This document shows, piece after piece, positions 29,660-37,409 of a DNA stretch of 64,000 bases. This DNA is from Eubacteriales bacterium. Lineage in GTDB: Bacteria; Bacillota; Clostridia; Oscillospirales; CAG-382. Position numbers and translations under genes: made by a program. The notes below the pieces were generated by a model that saw only the letters and a list, made by a program, of their open reading frames with translations, ran no database searches and was not told the DNA's origin. Location of the stretch: contig JAZSRP010000049.1 of the NCBI GenBank assembly GCA_045538555.1, positions 129,476 to 193,475 on the forward strand. Reading direction: 5' to 3'. How positions within the stretch are numbered: position 1 is the stretch's first letter; every line of letters begins with the position of its first letter.

Positions 29660-31018
29660 TCAGTTTTTCAAGCTGTGGATGGGAGCGGGAATCCGTCCGC
29701 CTCTGTTGATAAAAACAGCAGGGGATTGTGTGCGGAGATTCATGATGGGGGCTCTTCCCAACAGACCGCCAAAATCAACGGATTCTCCTGCGCTTTTGCC
29801 GTAGGCGGGAATAATCCTCACAGCGGTGGTTTTTGTGTTGGCAACGCCGATAGAGATCTCGTCTGCAATAATACCGCAGATAACCGCCTCTTCGGTGTCT
29901 CCCGGCACGGCAATCATATCAAGTCCCACCGAACAAACAGCGGTCATTGCTTCCAGCTTTTCGATGGACAAAACGCCCTTTTCAACAGCAGCGATCATTC
30001 CCGCATCCTCTGACACGGGAATAAAAGCACCGGACAGACCGCCCACGTGGGAAGAAGCCATAACACCGCCTTTTTTTACGGCGTCGTTCAGCATAGCAAG
30101 AGCGGCGGTGGTCCCGTGTGCACCGCAGGTCTCAAGTCCCATTTTTTCAAGAATATCTGCAACAGAATCGCCGATAGCGGGGGTGGGGGCAAGTGACAGA
30201 TCGACGATACCAAAAGGAATTCTCAGCTTTTTGCTGGCAGCATGCGCTACCAGTTGACCCACTCTGGTGATCTTGAAAGAGGTTCTTTTTATAACCTCTG
30301 CAAGCTCGCTGAGAGAGCAGTTGCCTGCTCTTGTGATGGCGCTGCTGACCACACCGGGACCCGAAACGCCTACGTTGTTGATGGAACCGGGCTCGCCTAT
30401 GCCATGAAAAGCACCCGCCATAAAAGGATTGTCCTCAGGTACGTTGGCAAAAACCACCAGCTTTGCACATCCGATAGAATCCTCGTCTTTTGTAAGGAAA
30501 GCTGTTTTTTTGATAATGCTGCCCATTTTTGCAATGGCATCCATGTTGATGCCCGCTTTTGTGGTGGCAACGTTGACGGACGAACACACTTTTTTTGTCT
30601 GCGAGAGGGCATAGGGGATAGACTCGATCAAGGCGTCCTCTCCGGCAGTGCTTCCCTTGTGGACCAGTGCGCCAAATCCGCCAATAAAATTGATGCCCAA
30701 AGTGTCAGCGGCTCTGTCAAGAGTCTGTGACAGCTCTACGTATCCGTCGCTGTCAAGCTTTCCGCCAACCAAAGACAGCGGCGTAACCGAAACACGCTTG
30801 TTGATGATGGGAATCCCGTAGGTTTTTTCGATTTCCTCACAGGCAGGAACCAGCAACTCAGCCGTTTTTGTGATCTTGTCATAGATGTTTGACGCCAATC
30901 GGTTCTTGTCATCGCTTACGCAATCAAAAAGGGATATGCCCACAGTCACCGTGCGGATGTCCAAGTTTTCCTCACGGATCATATTTATTGTTTCAATAAT
31001 ATCTCTGTTGTCGATCAT
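29660..31018 (-). CDS. UPF0210 / DUF711 family protein
   Basis: 452 aa; [12 protein letters not shown]-terminus as I recall for the family. Paired with a small ACT protein, as is typical in Firmicutes. Confidence 0.78.
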   Translation of the reverse strand: MIDNRDIIETINMIREENLDIRTVTVGISLFDCVSDDKNRLASNIYDKITKTAELLVPACEEIEKTYGIPIINKRVSVTPLSLVGGKLDSDGYVELSQTLDRAADTLGINFIGGFGALVHKGSTAGEDALIESIPYALSQTKKVCSSVNVATTKAGINMDAIAKMGSIIKKTAFLTKDEDSIGCAKLVVFANVPEDNPFMAGAFHGIGEPGSINNVGVSGPGVVSSAITRAGNCSLSELAEVIKRTSFKITRVGQLVAHAASKKLRIPFGIVDLSLAPTPAIGDSVADILEKMGLETCGAHGTTAALAMLNDAVKKGGVMASSHVGGLSGAFIPVSEDAGMIAAVEKGVLSIEKLEAMTAVCSVGLDMIAVPGDTEEAVICGIIADEISIGVANTKTTAVRIIPAYGKSAGESVDFGGLLGRAPIMNLRTQSPAVFINRGGRIPAPIHSLKN

Positions 31019-31035
31019 AGATGGTTGTCTCCGTT

Positions 31036-31311
31036 TCAGATCCTGTGCATGGAGTCAAAAATATCCTCATGCATTGCATGGATTTCAAGATTGTTTTTCT
31101 TTCCAAACTCGGATACCTTGTCAACAAAATCGGTAAAAGGTATAGAAAGTCCATCGATCTCAACGATCATGATCATGGCAAAATACTGAGAGAGTACGGT
31201 TTGGGAGATATCAATAATATTTGCACCGCAGTCGGCACATAGAGCGCTGACACGTGCGATGATACCCACGTTGTCCTTGCCGGTAACAGAAATAACAGCT
31301 TTTGTTTTCAT
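31036..31311 (-). CDS. ACT domain protein (UPF0237 family)
   Basis: 91 aa [22 protein letters not shown]... ACT fold signature. The ATG at 31311 overlaps the tadA stop (ATGA). Confidence 0.8.
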   Translation of the reverse strand: MKTKAVISVTGKDNVGIIARVSALCADCGANIIDISQTVLSQYFAMIMIVEIDGLSIPFTDFVDKVSEFGKKNNLEIHAMHEDIFDSMHRI

Positions 31312-31781
31312 TTTTTTGTTCCTTTCGGTCTTTGCCTGAGAATATGAAAAAAATCCTGCAAAACACGGACGCACTCTTCCTCAAGTACACCGCCTTTTAC
31401 TTCAAATTTGTGATTCAATGGGTATTGGGACAGATCAAAAACGCTTCCCAAAGCGCCCGCCTTTTGGTCTCTGCATCCAAAAACGACACTCTTGATACGT
31501 GAGTTGACAACAGCACCTGCACACATAGGACAGGGCTCCATGGTGACGTAGAGTGTGCAGTCCGACAGCCGCCAAGCTCCCAGCTTTTTGCAAGCGCGTT
31601 GAATTGCAACAGTCTCTGCGTGGAGCAGAGCGTTTTTTGATTTTTCACGCATGTTGCGTCCCGATGCAATGATGCATCCGTCTTTTACGATAACCGCTCC
31701 GATTGGAACCTCTCCCGCTCTTGCGGCGGCACGTGCCCGTACCAGGGCTTTTTTCATAAAAAATACGTCGTCTTTTGTCAT
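31308..31781 (-). CDS. tadA: tRNA adenosine(34) deaminase
   Basis: HAE...PCPMCAGA CDA zinc motifs; 157 aa. Confidence 0.9.
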   Translation of the reverse strand: MTKDDVFFMKKALVRARAAARAGEVPIGAVIVKDGCIIASGRNMREKSKNALLHAETVAIQRACKKLGAWRLSDCTLYVTMEPCPMCAGAVVNSRIKSVVFGCRDQKAGALGSVFDLSQYPLNHKFEVKGGVLEEECVRVLQDFFHILRQRPKGTKK

Positions 31782-32764
31782 ATCAGATATTGCAACCCCA
31801 AAGTTGCTCCCAGCATGATCAGGAAAAATATGGTGCCGGGGTTGAAAATAATTCTCTTTACTGCCTGCGTTGCGGTCACCAAGTAGCCGATCGCTTCGCC
31901 GCTGCGTCTCACAATACGTTTTCTTTCAAGCCCTCCGATGATATAGCAGACAACGGCAACCACTGAGATAACGATAAGAGCGCTGACTGCCAGCCCAAAA
32001 TAAATGGATGCCTCCTCCATCTCAAAAACCAGAATATATGATGCAGCAACAGAAAAAGCGTTGTTGATAAAATGAATCACGCTTCCCAAAAAAACTCTGC
32101 CCGTGCAGCAAAAGAGAATCCCGAGACATAGCCCAAAAACGGTTGCACCCGGCATTTTTGGAATATCTGTGTGCAAAGTACCAAAAAGCAGGGCAGACAC
32201 AATAATTGCGGGCCACTTGCCATAGGGGAGCAGGTTTTTGAGAATAATGCCCCGAAAAAGCCATTCCTCAAAAATTGCGGGAAGCAGTGCCACACTGACA
32301 AAGGTCAAAATAATCCCGCCTACTGATTGAGGTAGTGGAATTTCTGCCAAGGGCTGTTCCTCCAAAAGCTCCGAAAAAACCGCAGAGGAGATCAGTGCTA
32401 TGGCGTATGACAGACCCACCGTTCCAAAAACGTACAGGAGAGGAAACCGAGGTGCGGGTCTGAAATCGATCCTCGGCTTTTTGGGGTTGTTGCGAAACAT
32501 CATCAGAGCGATGGCGATGATGATTGAAAACATGAGGGTGTACGCAATCAGTTGGTATACGCCCATGGGCATTGCCGCTTTGTGATCGGCACCGATATTT
32601 TCGCAGATTAACTGAAAAACGGGATATCCAAAAAAGGATACGAGAATCTGGATCAGCAAAAAAATCCCGCAAACAGCAGCAGCGCGTGAAACGTTTTTTG
32701 AAAAACCCTTTTGCGTATGGATTTTTATATCATTTTCGGCAGGACATATAGTTGTCAAGTTCAT
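31778..32764 (-). CDS. CPBP (CAAX/Abi) family intramembrane glutamic endopeptidase
   Basis: Polytopic protein with EEWLFRG, FGTLH and HFINN motifs. Confidence 0.8.
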   Translation of the reverse strand: MNLTTICPAENDIKIHTQKGFSKNVSRAAAVCGIFLLIQILVSFFGYPVFQLICENIGADHKAAMPMGVYQLIAYTLMFSIIIAIALMMFRNNPKKPRIDFRPAPRFPLLYVFGTVGLSYAIALISSAVFSELLEEQPLAEIPLPQSVGGIILTFVSVALLPAIFEEWLFRGIILKNLLPYGKWPAIIVSALLFGTLHTDIPKMPGATVFGLCLGILFCCTGRVFLGSVIHFINNAFSVAASYILVFEMEEASIYFGLAVSALIVISVVAVVCYIIGGLERKRIVRRSGEAIGYLVTATQAVKRIIFNPGTIFFLIMLGATLGLQYLI

Positions 32765-33477
32765 TTTTTCTCCTGTGTGGCAGACGACATTGTTTCAAAG
32801 CAAAGCTTTGCAGCATCTGCGGAAATGTTGCATCCCAGAGACCACAACGGTATATTTGTCAGCATTTTTGATACAAGATCAAGAGTTGTGGCGGCAATTA
32901 GAGGATCCTTTGGAATGAGTATTTGATGCACCACACGCTCCAGAGCTGTTTTTGGGATCAACCGAGTTATTGTGTTCTCAGGTGACTGGTGCAAAAAGCA
33001 GATTCCGCCGAGAGGAGCGCTTGTGTTTGTGTTCATCATTTCTTTTCCCGCCCAAGGGGTGCCAAACGCATACAAAACTCCGTCCAAAAATCTCAATATC
33101 GGCTTGTCTCCATTGACAACAGTCATCCTGTTGCCCAACAACTCATGCCAAAGGCGGGTATGAGTAGTCTTGCCGGTTCCGCTCTTTGCGGAAAAAGCAT
33201 ATGCCACCCCGTCAACAGCCACCACCGAAGCATGCATAAGAAAAGCGTTGTAGGAGGGAAGCTTGAGTGCGATCTCACGGTATATGCAGACGCTCTCGAT
33301 GTATCCCATCTCCAGCTCAAAGTCATATAGCTTTTTTTCTTCGATCAGTTGCTGCCGAGTAACGCTGACGCAAAAATCCGGCTCCTCGTCCACTATGTAT
33401 CCGGAGCACTGTTTTTTTACGTATTCGTATGTATTGTTGATACCGATACGGATATCTGCTATTTTTATTACAAACAT
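32761..33477 (-). CDS. HPr-kinase-like P-loop protein (HprK C-terminal domain-like)
   Basis: HASVVAVDGVAYAFSAKSGTGKTTH resembles the HprK-type P-loop context (..G.a.l..G.SG.GKS). 238 aa. Its stop overlaps the CPBP start by 4 nt. Confidence 0.5.
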   Translation of the reverse strand: MFVIKIADIRIGINNTYEYVKKQCSGYIVDEEPDFCVSVTRQQLIEEKKLYDFELEMGYIESVCIYREIALKLPSYNAFLMHASVVAVDGVAYAFSAKSGTGKTTHTRLWHELLGNRMTVVNGDKPILRFLDGVLYAFGTPWAGKEMMNTNTSAPLGGICFLHQSPENTITRLIPKTALERVVHQILIPKDPLIAATTLDLVSKMLTNIPLWSLGCNISADAAKLCFETMSSATQEKK

Positions 33478-33572
33478 AAAATCTCACTCACATCGATCGT
33501 GATACAAATATTCAAAATATTATATCACAAGTATATGGTTTTTTCAATAGAAACCTCAACATTGTTGGAGCG

Positions 33573-36152
33573 TCATCCCATTTTTTTGATGTTTTTGTCC
33601 ATCCAGGCGTACCTCATGTTGATCCAATCGGTCAGATAGTCAAGCTGCCCTTGGTAGGTGTCGATTTTTGCTGTCACTTTGTTTTCAAACTGAATCTTTT
33701 TTCCAAGCACCTTCCATCGTTCAAAATTTTGTTCAGCGGAGGGAGCAACTCGCACCTCCGCAGCGCTTACCGTTTCCAGTGCAACAGAGAGCATTTTTTC
33801 TCCGACCTGTTCCCATCTTTCCTTGAGACAGCTGATAAAATAAGGGTCTTTCAGCAGATAGTCCATGATGTTTTCGGGGATGTACATGTTGTATGAGTCC
33901 GTTTCGGAATTGCCGAGGCAGATCCATTCCTCGTAGTCAGAGGAATCCAGCCCCATGTTGCCAAAAGCGTAGTCAAAATCCCACGGGAGACAAAAAAACA
34001 GCTTTCCGTCAGATTTTTTCAACAGATAATCGCTTCTTCTGAAAATTCCGTCAAGATTGTAAGAAAATTCGTACAGCAAAAACCAGTCCACCAGCGAGGG
34101 CACGTCCAACAGCTCATGATAATCCCCGCCGCTCACAACGGCATCTTCCACTGCCTTTACGTAACCGCTGACATAATCAAACTGTTCTTTTGTCAGTACG
34201 TCTGAATCGGGGTTTTTTATTTCCACAAATCGAAACAGCTTGTGAGAAAACACGTTTCCGCCAAAATCCGTCTTTGTGTACTCGCCGCCTATCTCCAGCA
34301 AAAAGTCGGTGTCCGTCTCAGTGCTGTCCTCAACACCCGGCACTCTGCCCCGGTTTATCTCCGGCTGTTCACTGAGCTGATAGACACCATGATACTCTCC
34401 GTTGATATAGAGATCCACCATGTATGCAGATGGTATAAATACCATGTTGTCCAAAACATTGCCTACAGAATAGGCGATCTGATTTCTGATCAGTGAGCGG
34501 TCAACGTGGTTGGCAACCAGCACCCACCTTTTTGCTTTTTCAAGCCCAAAGAGGGATGTGCCTGATTCGAATTTGATTTTGTACGGCTTTTTTTCAAGTT
34601 TCCAGGAGGAGTGTCCTCTGCCCTGAATCCCGATGACGGAGTCATATATGCTGTCAAAATCAAAGTCCTCTCCGTAGTCAATGGAGAAATAAGCGTTGAT
34701 GTATCTGTCCTTTGTGTTAATTTTTGCACCGTTTTCAGTTTCGATTCTGATGATAGGAAGCCGAAAATCTTTTTTGTAAAATTCGATTTTATAACCTCTT
34801 GTACTGCCTGCCGTATCGGTGATCACAAAGTAATATTCTCCGTTGTCACGGATGATCTGGGATTTTGCTTCCTGTGTAAAAGATGCATCAATTTTCACCT
34901 TGTCCGGGTCCACATTATCAGTGAGCTCAAGCTCTGCATACAAGACGTTGCCTCTTGCAAAGGTGTCAAAAGTTCTTCCGGTGACTGAGTCGATCAGCAC
35001 GGCGGATTCAACGTCTGCGCTTCCGCTGCCTCCCATATATCTGTGAACAAAAACTCCGTTGTAGCTCCGAACCGAAAAATTGGTTTCAACTGTCTCAAAC
35101 TCGGGTTTTTCGTCTCCCGTGCAAAAAACGTCACAGGAAGGGGAGTCAAATATCAGCTTTTCACCCAAGGGGATGGCGTTTTTGGAGTAATCAACGGTGA
35201 TTTTTCCCTGCTCACTGGTGTCAAAAACAATATTGTCGGTTATTTTGACATTGCCCGAAAAAGTGACCGAAAGGGGACGGGCAACAGAAAAACCGCTTAG
35301 GCAAAAATCACCGCTCACTGTCAGCTTTTTTATATGGTCATCGATCCGAAGTGCCCCAAACCCGTCCGTAAGATATGCGATGTCATCGGCAGAATCCGCA
35401 AAAACTTCCTCTGTATCGATCTTTCTTCCGCACAGGGATCTTGCATGAACAAAAAACGGCCTTTCTTCCAAAAAGTTTCCAAAGGGAACGTCAACAAAAA
35501 TATCCCAACATGGTGTTTTGCATATCAGATTATCACATGTAAAATCGGAGGCAGAATTGTTTTTTATCTCCATTTTGCCTTCGTTGCGGCTTTCAAACAA
35601 CAGATCACCGTCAACGATCACCATACCTGTCTCCCAACAAAAGGGATGGTTGATCACAAGATCGCATGGATACTCAAACGGATCCGGAGTGTGCAGAGTA
35701 AGGTTTGTGTCAGCTGCAAGAGCCAGTCCGTGCTCAAATCCATATCTTCCTCCCGCAAAAAAGTCGGTTTTTTCTTCTTCGGATAGTGAGAGAGATACGA
35801 GATAATCTCCTGCTTTCAGCTCCCCAAGATCGATATTGCCTTTTCCGTTTTCAATGACGGTGTTACCTTGAAAAACAATTCCGTCTTGTCCCTCCAAGAG
35901 AACAAAGACAAAATAACTTGTGTCCTTTTTTGCTTTTATTTCAAGTGTTCCGCCGCCGGTGGCAGACAGGTTTGGGTTGTGACCGCTGTCGGAGCAAAAC
36001 ACGATCTGATCCTGTCCTGTTTTATATGGCTTGAAAACCACGGACATTCCTGTGACTTTTTGGCTGTTTATCAAAAAAAACAGTGATGCCGTAATTAAGA
36101 CTGTTATTAAAACTGATGTTAGCACCAAAGAGGTTTTTATTTTTCGCTTCAT
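33573..36152 (-). CDS. CotH family kinase-like protein with N-terminal signal anchor and beta-rich extension
   Basis: 859 aa. N-terminal TM segment (SLVLTSVLITVLITASLFFL). The C-terminal ~380 aa carry CotH-like motifs (KPYKIKF, WVLVANHVDRSLIRN, PWDFDYAFG). Confidence 0.78.
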   Translation of the reverse strand: MKRKIKTSLVLTSVLITVLITASLFFLINSQKVTGMSVVFKPYKTGQDQIVFCSDSGHNPNLSATGGGTLEIKAKKDTSYFVFVLLEGQDGIVFQGNTVIENGKGNIDLGELKAGDYLVSLSLSEEEKTDFFAGGRYGFEHGLALAADTNLTLHTPDPFEYPCDLVINHPFCWETGMVIVDGDLLFESRNEGKMEIKNNSASDFTCDNLICKTPCWDIFVDVPFGNFLEERPFFVHARSLCGRKIDTEEVFADSADDIAYLTDGFGALRIDDHIKKLTVSGDFCLSGFSVARPLSVTFSGNVKITDNIVFDTSEQGKITVDYSKNAIPLGEKLIFDSPSCDVFCTGDEKPEFETVETNFSVRSYNGVFVHRYMGGSGSADVESAVLIDSVTGRTFDTFARGNVLYAELELTDNVDPDKVKIDASFTQEAKSQIIRDNGEYYFVITDTAGSTRGYKIEFYKKDFRLPIIRIETENGAKINTKDRYINAYFSIDYGEDFDFDSIYDSVIGIQGRGHSSWKLEKKPYKIKFESGTSLFGLEKAKRWVLVANHVDRSLIRNQIAYSVGNVLDNMVFIPSAYMVDLYINGEYHGVYQLSEQPEINRGRVPGVEDSTETDTDFLLEIGGEYTKTDFGGNVFSHKLFRFVEIKNPDSDVLTKEQFDYVSGYVKAVEDAVVSGGDYHELLDVPSLVDWFLLYEFSYNLDGIFRRSDYLLKKSDGKLFFCLPWDFDYAFGNMGLDSSDYEEWICLGNSETDSYNMYIPENIMDYLLKDPYFISCLKERWEQVGEKMLSVALETVSAAEVRVAPSAEQNFERWKVLGKKIQFENKVTAKIDTYQGQLDYLTDWINMRYAWMDKNIKKMG

Positions 36153-36187
36153 TGTTTTTATCCCCCGATATCAAAGATGTCTTTATT

Positions 36188-36216
36188 ATTTTATCATTTT
36201 TTGCAGGTGTTTTCAA
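36188..36216 (-). promoter_or_regulatory. Sigma-A promoter of the CotH gene
   Basis: On the minus strand: TTGAAA (36211-36216), 17 nt, TAAAAT (36188-36193) with TGn. Confidence 0.5.
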
Positions 36217-36222
36217 CACTGA

Positions 36223-36255
36223 TAAAAAAACTCCCTGCCTTTTTTGGGGCAGGGG
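36223..36255 (-). terminator. Rho-independent terminator of the TIR gene
   Basis: On the minus strand CCCTGCC-ccaaaaaa-GGCAGGG (36233-36254) followed by a T-run (36223-36230). Confidence 0.7.
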
Positions 36256-36262
36256 AAAAAGA

Positions 36263-37264
36263 TCATTCTTTTGTGGTGGGGGAGAGCGCTTGGCAGATCT
36301 GCTCCAAAACCTTGCCCTCCGATGCAAAAATATTTTGATATTTGTCCAAAAACATCTCGTATCCGTACGGAAATTCCGCACTGTCAAGCCGCACTGTGAT
36401 GGGGTGCAGATCTCTGCGCCTGATTGCTCCGTTTATCTCGTCCTCCACACGCTCGGATGCAGCGGAATGCTCGGACGAAAAGAGCAAAAAGTTTTTGCAT
36501 CCTTTTATTCTTTCGCCCAGCATAATGAGCCAGTTGTTTCCTTTGTGGATCCCCTCATCGTACCAGACTCTGTATCCTTCTCTCTGCAGTGCTGAGAGAT
36601 ATGGAATCACCTTTTTGTCGTCCTTGTGGGAGTAGCTGACAAAAACGTAGTCAAGAGTACCTGTGTAAGGAAGATCCACGTACAGACGGTTGTTGAGCCG
36701 CTTTTGCAGCTCCTCCGCTTCCTTGATGATAAGGTCAAACTGGCTGTAAAGAGCGTCAAACCCAAATTCTCCGCCTTCGCTATATATAACAGTTTTGTCA
36801 AAAACATTCATGTTTGCAAGAAACGTGCTTCTCAGCATGGCTCCTTTTTTCAGACGTTTATTTACCTGAATTTCGTCTTTTACGTATTTGCGTGTCATTG
36901 TTTCAAGACTTGTGCTGTCAATGTACATATATATGGGCACCACGTATTCGCCAAAGGAATCCACAATCTCCCGCACAAAATCCAGACTGTCTGGGGACAT
37001 GGTGATAAGTGCGTTTGACCTGCCTCTCACCGCATCAAGGATCTGGGATTTGTAAAAACCCGTTTTTCCGCCGTGGATGGAATAAACAAAATCGCATTGC
37101 ATCACGGTTTTTTCGTCATGGTTTTTGTAGGTGTCATAGTGATACGACAGAGAATCCTCCGGGAGATAATTGTATTTTTGAATCACAGAGTAACCTTTGT
37201 TGGAAAAATACTCTCTTGATTTCTTTGCAACCTCAAGGGTTCCGCCCACCAAAACTATCAGCAT
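36263..37264 (-). CDS. TIR domain protein with degenerate guanylate-kinase-like N-terminal domain
   Basis: The C-terminal TIR (approx 36338-36652) has DYVFVSYSHKDD..., GYRVWYDEG, FLLFSS, SERVEDEI. The start is set to the ATG at 37264 (GAGG RBS 9 nt upstream) because an extended -10 (TGGTATGAT) abuts the track start at 37297. Confidence 0.8.
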   Translation of the reverse strand: MLIVLVGGTLEVAKKSREYFSNKGYSVIQKYNYLPEDSLSYHYDTYKNHDEKTVMQCDFVYSIHGGKTGFYKSQILDAVRGRSNALITMSPDSLDFVREIVDSFGEYVVPIYMYIDSTSLETMTRKYVKDEIQVNKRLKKGAMLRSTFLANMNVFDKTVIYSEGGEFGFDALYSQFDLIIKEAEELQKRLNNRLYVDLPYTGTLDYVFVSYSHKDDKKVIPYLSALQREGYRVWYDEGIHKGNNWLIMLGERIKGCKNFLLFSSEHSAASERVEDEINGAIRRRDLHPITVRLDSAEFPYGYEMFLDKYQNIFASEGKVLEQICQALSPTTKE

Positions 37265-37297
37265 ATCAAAAAACCTCGCAAATTTTATGATAAACAT

Positions 37298-37326
37298 ATC
37301 ATACCATGTTCGTTAAAAAAAAGCAA
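37298..37326 (-). promoter_or_regulatory. Promoter of the TIR gene
   Basis: On the minus strand: TTGCTT (37321-37326), 17 nt, TATGAT (37298-37303) preceded by TGn. Confidence 0.5.
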
Positions 37327-37342
37327 ACCAAAATACAATTCA

Positions 37343-37371
37343 TTGACGAAAACATAAAATGAGTGTATAAT
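37343..37371 (+). promoter_or_regulatory. Promoter of the STAND gene
   Basis: TTGACG (37343-37348), 17 nt, TATAAT (37366-37371). It sits back-to-back with the TIR promoter, with the -35 boxes 16 bp apart. Confidence 0.55.
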
Positions 37372-37409
37372 TCAAAAGAAAAAGAATTTTGTGAAAAAAG
37401 GGCGAAAAA

